64,000 nucleotides of DNA from Bacteroidota bacterium. GTDB lineage: Bacteria; Bacteroidota; Bacteroidia; Bacteroidales; UBA12077. The translations under genes were made by a program, and so were the position numbers. Below the pieces are notes generated by a model, which saw nothing but the letters and a program-made list of their open reading frames with translations, was not told the DNA's origin and did not search any database. Numbering within the stretch: position 1 is the first letter of the stretch; every line of letters starts with the position of its first letter. This document shows, piece after piece, positions 8,971 to 17,000 of this stretch. The stretch spans positions 481,991 to 545,990 of the forward strand of contig JAHLLG010000002.1 in assembly GCA_020444275.1 (NCBI GenBank). The letters run 5' to 3'.

Positions 8971-9825
8971 ATGAAAAATGAAAAAGTTTATTCCGGCACA
9001 TCAGGATTTTTAATGTTATTCCTTGATCTTATTTTATTAATTATAGGAGTTGCAGGATTAATAATATTGCATAACCCATGGTTAATTATACTATTAGTGA
9101 TTAGTATCTTTTTAATGATTGGATTTATTGTTGTTAATCCAAACGAATCTGCTGTTCTGGTTTTATTCGGTGCATATAAGGGTACTATAAAACAAAATGG
9201 TTTCTTCTGGGTAAATCCATTTTTTACAAGGAAAAAGATTTCATTAAGAGCCCGAAATTTCGATAGTGACCCCATTAAAGTAAACGATAAAGTGGGTAAT
9301 CCTATTAAAATTGGAGTTGTATTAGTGTGGAAAGTAGAAGAGACTTTTAAAGCTGCTTTTGAAGTAGATCAGTATGAACATTTTGTTGTTGTGCAAAGCG
9401 AAGCAGCATTACGAAAATTAGCAGGTCAGTATCCTTATGATAATTTTGAGGATGAGGATGCAGAAATTACATTACGATCGGGTGTTGAGGAAGTAAATGA
9501 CGAATTAGAAAAAGAAATTGTTGAACGCCTAGCCATAGCTGGAATTCATGTTATTGAAGCGCGAATAAACTATATCGCATATGCTGAAGAAATTGCCAGT
9601 GCAATGTTAAGACGACAACAGGCAACGGCTGTAGTTGCAGCACGCCATAAAATTGTTGAGGGTGCTGTAAGTATGGTTGAAATGGCATTGGAGCAATTAG
9701 CAGGTAAAGAAATTGTTGAAATGGATCAGGATGATAAAGCAGCAATGGTTAGCAATTTAATGGTTGTATTATGTTCTGACGAATCGGCAAGGCCTGTTGT
9801 GAATGCAGGAACTCTAAATCACTAA
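8971..9825 (+). CDS. SPFH/band-7 (stomatin/flotillin-like) membrane protein
   Basis: 284 aa. Two N-terminal hydrophobic helices, then SPFH-type sequence (NESAVLVLFGAYKGT...VNDKVGNPI...), then an Ala-rich coiled C-terminal part (RRQQATAVVAARHKIVEGAV). Confidence 0.85.
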   Translation: MKNEKVYSGTSGFLMLFLDLILLIIGVAGLIILHNPWLIILLVISIFLMIGFIVVNPNESAVLVLFGAYKGTIKQNGFFWVNPFFTRKKISLRARNFDSDPIKVNDKVGNPIKIGVVLVWKVEETFKAAFEVDQYEHFVVVQSEAALRKLAGQYPYDNFEDEDAEITLRSGVEEVNDELEKEIVERLAIAGIHVIEARINYIAYAEEIASAMLRRQQATAVVAARHKIVEGAVSMVEMALEQLAGKEIVEMDQDDKAAMVSNLMVVLCSDESARPVVNAGTLNH

Positions 9826-9830
9826 AAAAT

Positions 9831-10007
9831 ATGTCAAAAAAGAAATCTTTTGTACTTAGACTGAACGAGGAAAAGATGCAAGCACTTGAAAAGTGGGCTG
9901 CCGATGAATTTCGTAGTACCAACGGACAATTGGAGTGGATAATTACTAAGGCATTAAAAGATTCCGGACGACTTAAAAAATCTAAATCATCTGATAACGA
10001 CCAGTAA
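9831..10007 (+). CDS. Arc/MetJ-type ribbon-helix-helix DNA-binding protein (58 aa, below the ORF-track cutoff)
   Basis: My translation: MSKKKSFVLRLNEEKMQALEKWAADEFRSTNGQLEWIITKALKDSGRLKKSKSSDNDQ. It shows the beta-strand (SFVLRL) plus two-helix pattern of RHH proteins. It starts 5 nt after the SPFH stop, and its stop is 2 nt before the next ATG. Confidence 0.65.
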   Translation: MSKKKSFVLRLNEEKMQALEKWAADEFRSTNGQLEWIITKALKDSGRLKKSKSSDNDQ

Positions 10008-10009
10008 TT

Positions 10010-10603
10010 ATGGAAAAATCTTCAATTGATATATTAAAAGAAATTGCTAAAAGCGAACACTGGGATATACAAGTTGCTGAAAAAGAACATGGCAGACTTG
10101 GTCGCAGATATGGATATAGTCGCAGAGAGATAATAGTTAAAAATCCTGATTTTCCGAATTCTTATTTAATTTATGTTCAAAATCCGAACTACAATAAATA
10201 CAATCTTTATAGCGGTGTTTTTTTTCCGGTGAATATACCGGAGAATTTTCATCTTTTATTAAGAAATCGGAATCCTTTAGATAAACTGAGCTTTAGAAAA
10301 AATATACTGCGGTTTAAAATAGGAAGCAGCAAATTTGACTCAAAAATAAATATAGTTACTAATAACGATATTGAAACACATAAGTTATTGAGCAGTGCTA
10401 ATATTCAGCATGAGATAATGGTATTTATGAAACAAGGTTTTAATTTACACATTGGGATTAATGAGATAAACCCAGCATTTAAACATGAGTTGAAAGGTCA
10501 TAATTATCTTTCAATATTTAATTCGATGGAATGGATGGTGGAGAAAGAATTGATAATGGATGCATTTAAATTAGGAGCAATACTTAATGAAAAAATTAAA
10601 TAA
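10010..10603 (+). CDS. hypothetical protein (no recognisable domain)
   Basis: 197-aa ORF tightly packed between the RHH gene and the Zn-ribbon gene. No signal peptide or TM segment seen. Confidence 0.6.
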   Translation: MEKSSIDILKEIAKSEHWDIQVAEKEHGRLGRRYGYSRREIIVKNPDFPNSYLIYVQNPNYNKYNLYSGVFFPVNIPENFHLLLRNRNPLDKLSFRKNILRFKIGSSKFDSKINIVTNNDIETHKLLSSANIQHEIMVFMKQGFNLHIGINEINPAFKHELKGHNYLSIFNSMEWMVEKELIMDAFKLGAILNEKIK

Positions 10604-10609
10604 AATACT

Positions 10610-10822
10610 ATGTATAAGAATTATAAATATACGTGCCCAAAATGTGGCGGTAAACATTACGAATTAAGCGAAATTAGAACAACAGGTAGTTTTTTAATGA
10701 AATTGTTCAATATCCAGAATGTAAAATTTACAACAGTGAGTTGTTCGCGATGTCAATACACAGAATTGTATAAAACTGCAAGCAACAAATTTGGCAATGT
10801 AGTTGATTTTTTTACCAATTAA
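10610..10822 (+). CDS. zinc-ribbon protein (DUF2082/PF09855-like)
   Basis: 70 aa with CPKCG...(34 aa)...CSRCQYTELY, a two-CxxC-knuckle pattern I recognise from the Zn-ribbon nucleic-acid-binding family. It starts 6 nt after the preceding stop. Confidence 0.7.
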   Translation: MYKNYKYTCPKCGGKHYELSEIRTTGSFLMKLFNIQNVKFTTVSCSRCQYTELYKTASNKFGNVVDFFTN

Positions 10823-10860
10823 ACTATCCTTGTATAGTTAATATTAATCTTCAAAATGCT

Positions 10861-10900
10861 ATACCGAACCTCTATTTTATGAATAGGTTCGGTATATTTT
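10861..10900 (+). terminator. probable terminator after the SPFH/RHH/unknown/Zn-ribbon operon
   Basis: ATACCGAACCT … AGGTTCGGTAT 11-bp inverted repeat with a 13-nt loop, followed by ATTTT. Confidence 0.55.
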
Positions 10901-10960
10901 ACGACTGCTTGGATTTACATGGCTTATCAAAGTTTATTTTATATGTGTGATTAACTTTTA

Positions 10961-11731
10961 ATGAAAAGTATGAAAAATAAGAAACTATATGTTGCCATAA
11001 TTCTATTTGTATTAGGACTCATTGGTATATTATCGATGTTAACAACCAATATGCCAATGCCACAGGATATTAGAGAACTTTTAGAAGTTCAGTATTCTTC
11101 GTTTCAGATTAAGTTGCTTCTTTTAATAAATCCAACCTTTTTGTTGATAGTTGCTATTACCATCGGTATATTTACCTATGATAGAGTGAATCTTAGTTTA
11201 CCTGTTATCGAGTCTTTTATTGATAGTAGAGTTAAAGCTGAATTCAAAAATATTATAATTTTTGGTTTTGTAGGCGGAATAATTGCGGGATTATTAATGA
11301 TTTTGGTGGGAGAGTCGTTTAGTAAAATTTTACCGGATGATCTTTCTCATTTGAGCCAGGATGTAAAACCAACCATTGTATTAAGATTATTGTATGGAGG
11401 ACTAACAGAAGAAATATTGATGCGATTTGGCGTGATGACCTTAATGGTATGGTCACTATCGCTGCTAATCAATAAAAAATATACCATAGTTTATTGGCTT
11501 GGAATTATTTTATCATCATTCATATTCGCTTTAGGCCACTTTCCAATTGTATTTAATACTATGGAGAATCCGTCCTTTTTACTACTGACCTACATTTTGG
11601 TTGGAAACTCAGCCGGTGGAATCATTTTTGGCTGGCTTTATTGGAAAAAAGGACTGGAGAGTGCTTTTATTGCACATATGTTTGCACACATAACCATGAT
11701 AATAGGAGAATATCTGTTTTATATCTTGTGA
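10961..11731 (+). CDS. CPBP (CAAX/Abi, PF02517-type) intramembrane glutamic endopeptidase
   Basis: Multi-pass membrane protein with motif 1 (EEILMRFG), motif 2 (FALGHFP) and motif 3 (AHMFAH). Confidence 0.8.
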   Translation: MKSMKNKKLYVAIILFVLGLIGILSMLTTNMPMPQDIRELLEVQYSSFQIKLLLLINPTFLLIVAITIGIFTYDRVNLSLPVIESFIDSRVKAEFKNIIIFGFVGGIIAGLLMILVGESFSKILPDDLSHLSQDVKPTIVLRLLYGGLTEEILMRFGVMTLMVWSLSLLINKKYTIVYWLGIILSSFIFALGHFPIVFNTMENPSFLLLTYILVGNSAGGIIFGWLYWKKGLESAFIAHMFAHITMIIGEYLFYIL

Positions 11732-11762
11732 TATTCTCCAGGTTAATTACAATTAACTATCT

Positions 11763-12227
11763 TTATTTGAAATGGTACAGGAAGGTTACCAAGCCTTCAA
11801 ATGCAGGTTTCTTTTTATCTTCAATTTCCATTCTGACTTTCAATTGTAGTTTTGAAATTCCTCTTAAATCTGAAAGTGAATGTAACGAAACGCGCACTCT
11901 TACTTTACTTCCAACTGTAACCGGTTCGCCAAACTTAAATTTGTCAATTCCGTAATTGATAACCGCTTTGGTGTTTTGTACTTCTACTATATCATCCCAG
12001 AAGTGTTTTAACAGTGATACCGTTAAATAGCCGTGTGCAATGGTTGTTTGAAAAGGTGATTCAACTTTTGCACGTTCCGGATCGGTATGTATCCACTGGT
12101 GATCCAATGTAGCATCTGCAAACTGATTAACCTGTTCTTGCGTGATCTCTAAATAGTCCGATACACCTATTTCTTTTCCCAGATAGTTTTCAAAATCCTG
12201 ATAACTTTTAATAATTACTTGCGCCAT
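11763..12227 (-). CDS. MaoC-family (R-specific enoyl-CoA hydratase-like, hot-dog fold) dehydratase
   Basis: 154 aa. FADATLDHQWIHTDPERA...TIAHGYLT is the classic MaoC dehydratase motif. Confidence 0.85.
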   Translation of the reverse strand: MAQVIIKSYQDFENYLGKEIGVSDYLEITQEQVNQFADATLDHQWIHTDPERAKVESPFQTTIAHGYLTVSLLKHFWDDIVEVQNTKAVINYGIDKFKFGEPVTVGSKVRVRVSLHSLSDLRGISKLQLKVRMEIEDKKKPAFEGLVTFLYHFK

Positions 12228-12238
12228 TTGAGTTGGTT

Positions 12239-12940
12239 TTATTCGTTCAATAAATTTATAGTATGACAGGCTACAACACCTGCAGTTTCTGTTCTTAATC
12301 TGCTTTCACCTAAACTAATTTCCTGAAAATTGTTTTCTTTGGCTAGAGCAATTTCATTTGGATCAAAATCTCCTTCGGGACCAATTAAAACAAGTGCACT
12401 ATTGCCCTGTTTATACGCTGTTTTTAGAGCTGCTTTTTCATCTTCTTCGCAATGGGCAATAAATTTATCGCCTTGAAACTCCGATGCAATAAAATCCTGA
12501 TAGGATATAATATTATTTAGCTTCGGTTTATATGCTTTTATCGATTGTTTAACTGCAGAGATAATAATTTTTTCCAAACGTTCCGGTTTAATCACCTTTC
12601 TTTCTGAGTGCTCACAAATGATCGGTGTAATTTCATCAATACCTATTTCTGTGGCTTTTTCAAGAAACCATTCAAAACGATCATTATTTTTGGTTGGAGC
12701 AATAGCTATGTGAAGGTAATGATTACGTTTACCAAACTCCTTTACTTCTTTGATAATTTCTACCGAACATCTTTTGGGATTTGCTTCAGATATTTGCGCC
12801 GTATAAAATCCTCCTTTTCCATCGATAAGCTGAACCTGGTCATTAACTGATAGTCTGAGTACTTTAATACAATGTTTCGATTCACTTTCGTTGAGTGTAT
12901 ATATTTTTCCACTTAAATCTGGAGTATAAAATAAATGCAT
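12239..12940 (-). CDS. rsmE: 16S rRNA (uracil1498-N3)-methyltransferase
   Basis: 233 aa. MHLFYTP...ESKHCIKVLRL N-terminus and GPEGDF...E...A...F..ISLG..RLRTETAG C-terminus, typical of RsmE. Confidence 0.9.
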   Translation of the reverse strand: MHLFYTPDLSGKIYTLNESESKHCIKVLRLSVNDQVQLIDGKGGFYTAQISEANPKRCSVEIIKEVKEFGKRNHYLHIAIAPTKNNDRFEWFLEKATEIGIDEITPIICEHSERKVIKPERLEKIIISAVKQSIKAYKPKLNNIISYQDFIASEFQGDKFIAHCEEDEKAALKTAYKQGNSALVLIGPEGDFDPNEIALAKENNFQEISLGESRLRTETAGVVACHTINLLNE

Positions 12941-12941
12941 C

Positions 12942-12949
12942 TATCTTTG
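12942..12949 (+). promoter_or_regulatory. candidate Bacteroidota -7 promoter box (TAnnTTTG)
   Basis: TATCTTTG 27 nt upstream of the 12976 ATG, in the divergent rsmE/phosphoesterase gap. Confidence 0.45.
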
Positions 12950-12975
12950 TGTTTAATCACAAAAATAAACATTGA

Positions 12976-13482
12976 ATGCAAATTACGATGAAAAAGATTG
13001 GATTATTATCAGATACCCACACATACCTTGATGAAAAAATAGTGGATTTCCTTAAAGATTGTGATGAGATTTGGCATGCAGGTGATATAGGAAATATAGA
13101 GGTTGCAGATAAAATTGCCTCAATAAAAAAGTTAAGAGCCGTGTACGGTAATATTGATGGACAAGATGTTCGGATAGTTCATCCCAAAATTCAATCGTTT
13201 AAATGTGAAGGTGTTCAGGTATTAATGACTCATATTGGTGGTTATCCCGGAAAATATGAGAAAGATATGAAAGAGTTAATTCAAAAGTTAAAACCACAGT
13301 TGTTTATTTCAGGGCACTCACATATTTTAAAGGTGATGTATGATGATAAAAATGAGTTGCTACATATAAATCCGGGAGCTGCAGGAAAATCGGGTTTACA
13401 TAAACATCAAACTGCTGTTCGCTTTGTGATAGAACAAAGCGAAATAAAAGATTTGGAAGTATTTGAAAAAAAGAGAGGTTAA
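12976..13482 (+). CDS. YfcE-family metallophosphoesterase
   Basis: Motifs seen: GLLSDTH, HAGD, GNIDG, SGHSH. The true start may be the ATG at 12988 (MKKIGLLSDTH). A TATCTTTG box lies at 12942-12949. Confidence 0.85.
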   Translation: MQITMKKIGLLSDTHTYLDEKIVDFLKDCDEIWHAGDIGNIEVADKIASIKKLRAVYGNIDGQDVRIVHPKIQSFKCEGVQVLMTHIGGYPGKYEKDMKELIQKLKPQLFISGHSHILKVMYDDKNELLHINPGAAGKSGLHKHQTAVRFVIEQSEIKDLEVFEKKRG

Positions 13483-14075
13483 TTTTTTTCTGCAATCATT
13501 CTAAGTACCGATGCTTTTCCCTGGTGATGTGTGCCTTCACTATGATAAATTTCTTCCTGAATGAGTAGTTGTATTTTTAATTCCTGAAAATCGTTTTTAA
13601 GAAGCTCTTTGCTGTACAATAAATCAATACTCTTAGGTCCGCCTGTTTTATGTGCCAGTTGCTCTTTGGCGTAACATTCAAGAATCATTTTACCACCTGG
13701 TTTTAAGTGATGTATTAAATTGCGGTGTGCTAAAGAGCGTAAATCGGGTGGTAAATGAAGAAATATGATTGAAATAAGATCGAACTTAGTTTCAAGAGAA
13801 AAGGTTTCTATATCTGACACAAAATAATTGATTTTAACATGCTCCTTTTTTGCTAGTTTTTCTGCCTTTTCTTTTGCAGTAGTGCTATAATCAAAGGCAG
13901 TAACCTGCCAACCTTTTTTAGCAGCATAAACGGCATTTCGTCCTTCACCATCGCCCGGTAATAAAATACTACCGGGTTTATAGTTATCTAATAAAGATTT
14001 AAAATATGCATTGGGTTCTGTACCGTAAATATATTCTTCAGTGCTGTACTTTGAGTTCCAGAATTCTTTCGCCAT
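13479..14075 (-). CDS. class I SAM-dependent methyltransferase (TehB-like by eye)
   Basis: 198 aa. LLPGDGEGRNAVYAAKKGWQVTAFDYS is a motif I/II arrangement. The start is 2 nt after the stop of the giant upstream ORF. Confidence 0.8.
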   Translation of the reverse strand: MAKEFWNSKYSTEEYIYGTEPNAYFKSLLDNYKPGSILLPGDGEGRNAVYAAKKGWQVTAFDYSTTAKEKAEKLAKKEHVKINYFVSDIETFSLETKFDLISIIFLHLPPDLRSLAHRNLIHHLKPGGKMILECYAKEQLAHKTGGPKSIDLLYSKELLKNDFQELKIQLLIQEEIYHSEGTHHQGKASVLRMIAEKN

Positions 14076-14077
14076 GT

Positions 14078-17000
14078 TTAGTTTTCATTTTCCTCTTCAC
14101 CTAAACCTTCTTCTTCACTCTTTTGTTCACTTTGATCAGGTTGTTCTTCTTTTTGAACATCTTCTACCTCAGGTTCGGGTTCTTCAGTTTGCTGATCCCA
14201 TTGCTCCAGTTTCTTCTGCTCTTGTTCAAGGCGTTTTCGTTCCTCTTCTTTTGCCGCTTGTTCCTCTTCAAATAAACGTATGTTTCTTAAAAACTGAACT
14301 TTATTCTGCTCTGTAGCAATAATATAACGATAAGGTGTTTCTCTACGACTGGTTTTAAGCTTACGTTTACGTTTTTTTATTGCCTGTATTGCATTAACAT
14401 AATCTTCATTGTTCGATAATGTTTGCATTACACCTCTTGTATATGAGAAGTAGTAATAATCTTTATTAGGTAACTCAAAATAGAACTTTAAGATATCGCC
14501 ACTGCGTCTTTTAAATATTTGCACATAACCTTCCACATATTTGTTAATTGGTTTGTTATTTATTGTGGTAATACCAATTTTTCCATAGTTAAGGTACATA
14601 CCTTGTTCGGTGTACCATTTGAATTTAATATTCCCCAGAAGCATGGTGTGCTGTGTGGAATTAGGCAATTTTGCTTCATTTGCATAAAGCATTAACTGAT
14701 TGTTGAATTCGTTATAATTAGCTTTGCCTACCAGTTCGGTCATATTTTTTTCAAAAAAATCTGAGGTTAAACTTATCGCGTCCAGTCCACGAGCGGCTTG
14801 TAGTTCGCTTGCTAACGAGTCAAGTGCTGCATCAGAGAAAAAGAAATCCAGCGCCATTACCAGTTCAGTTTTCACTTCATTTTCGTTTAGCAAGTGATTT
14901 ACAGAACCTGCAGGTGATAATTTAATTTGTCCTAAATCAACACCAAGATTAACCAATCCTTCGCCATGTTGTAAACAGAAATCGCGTTGTAAACTAACCA
15001 ATCTTCCCGTTGTATCAGGTTTCAGATGTTTCTCTTCACTGGTAACAGTATATTTATTTGAATTTTTATCAAAGAATAGATAGCCTGTTGCACTTACCAA
15101 AGCAACATCGTTAGGGTCTCTTCTTCTATCCAAAAAACGAGAATAGATATGCGAAGAATCTTTTGTTATGAATGTGGCTGCATGCAATCCTCTGCCATTT
15201 ATACTTTGTGTTGTACTGGTTATTGGAATATAGATGCTATCCGGATTAATTTCACTTTCAAATTGCACGAATTGTGTTTCTTTTCGCGGACAGTCGTACG
15301 CAAGTTTTACTCCGCCATTGAACGTGAGGTGCTTACGACTGGCCTTTAAGATAACATCACCCTGGTAATGATAAACCGGACTTAATGTAAATTCTTCATC
15401 CATGGTAATTGAACTTTTACCAATGGTTTGACGGGTTGTATCTACATAAATATCAGTAAAATGAATAATTTGCGTTTCCTTATTTTCATCGATGTAGTCG
15501 TAATCTCCTGTGGCCAAATATTTAAACCTTCCTTTAACGTTAATTTTCGAATTGTAAATACGATGGAACCTGTCTTCTGTGTTTGCTATGATTTCTGAGT
15601 TTGTTAAGGTTTTAAATTCTGCTGTATGACCAATAGTTACATCATTTTCATCTGGAAAAATAAGTGCATCTGCCACTCTAACATATTCAACTTCGGTAGC
15701 ATTTATGGTACTGTCTTTTAATCGATAAACAGCATGTGTTGATGCAAATCGCAAAGAATCCTGGCTTCTGTGGATCGACATAAATAAAGCGCCCGGTAAA
15801 TTGTCATCTTTCAAACGTGCCAGTTGTTTTACTTCATCGGAAGCATCCGTTGTATCAATTTGTGGGCTTGATTCTATACTTATTTCGTCGTTTAATATAC
15901 TCCAGTCAAATTTATCTAAATAACTTACATAAAGATTTTTAGGAAAACGTGCCAGAGTAAACGATTCGTTCGAATTAAATGTACCCGATTGCGTTGTGAA
16001 ATCAACTTCGCCCTTTAGGTTTTCTGTAAGGAAATTAAAATCCGATTTATCCAAAGATTTGAGATTAAAAGATGTAGTGTCTGATCTGAATGAGTTGGCA
16101 CTAAAATGAAACAGGTTGGATTTTAGTTCAGCTTTTTCAAGATTCATGATTCCTTTTCCACTTAACCCGGTAGGTTTAACAATTAACGATCCGGATAGTA
16201 AGGAATTATTTCCATACATATTAAACGGATCTTTCGTTTGGTGAGCATGTAAAATATCATCGTAAGGATACCAGACCAGGTCTACTTCATTGGATTTCAA
16301 TTCGGGAAATTCTATTCCTGACATGCGTTTATCGAGCGTAAAATCAATGGCATGTATTTTTGTTGAGTCCGGAAAGAAAAGGATACTATCTGTGTTGGCA
16401 CTGGATGTTAAATACTCCAGTGTACCTGAACCTTTTAATCCTTGATTACTTAAATCTATTGTTTTATAATAAGCTCCTTTCCCTGCATAAAGAGGAAACC
16501 CTTCCGGTGGAGTTTCTCTTCTAAACCCTAAAGAATAGTCCGGTCGCATGTAAATGGCATCTTCGAAAGGAGGAAATATATTAGTGGAGTAGAAAGTGCC
16601 ATCAAAAACAAGTCCTTTTACACTAAAATTATCTAAACTATCAATAACGAATGGATCGAGCTCGAAGTAAAAACTATCTCGTTTATAAACGCCATTAAAA
16701 ATATTAGAAGCATCATAATATACATACGAGTTTTCGTTACTTTTAAAAACAGGATATTCCGGGAAGTTTTCTAAACCAGATTTATTATTAGGAGCATCTA
16801 TAAGTAATTCTCCCGTAATAATCTCAACCGTATTTTTAATATGAGCAAGTACCGGATTGTTATACATATCCCGCTCTTCGGTAGGTACTTTAATTCTAAG
16901 TGAATCGATGTTGTGCAAGTTAATTTTGAAGGTATCATAGTTAAAATCAAAATCCTGTCCATAGAAAGTAAATAACCCTGCTTCAATAATACCTCCAAAA

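Noticed and set aside
11641-11955. 104-aa + ORF bridging the CPBP gene end and the MaoC gene
   Set aside because: It overlaps two well-supported genes in other frames or on the other strand, and its translation has no coherent features.
14041-14316. 91-aa + ORF opposite the 3-prime end of the giant gene
   Set aside because: It is the mirror image of the E/Q/K-rich low-complexity tail (it reads as L/F/P-rich nonsense). This is an artefact of the repetitive GAA/GAG-rich coding strand.
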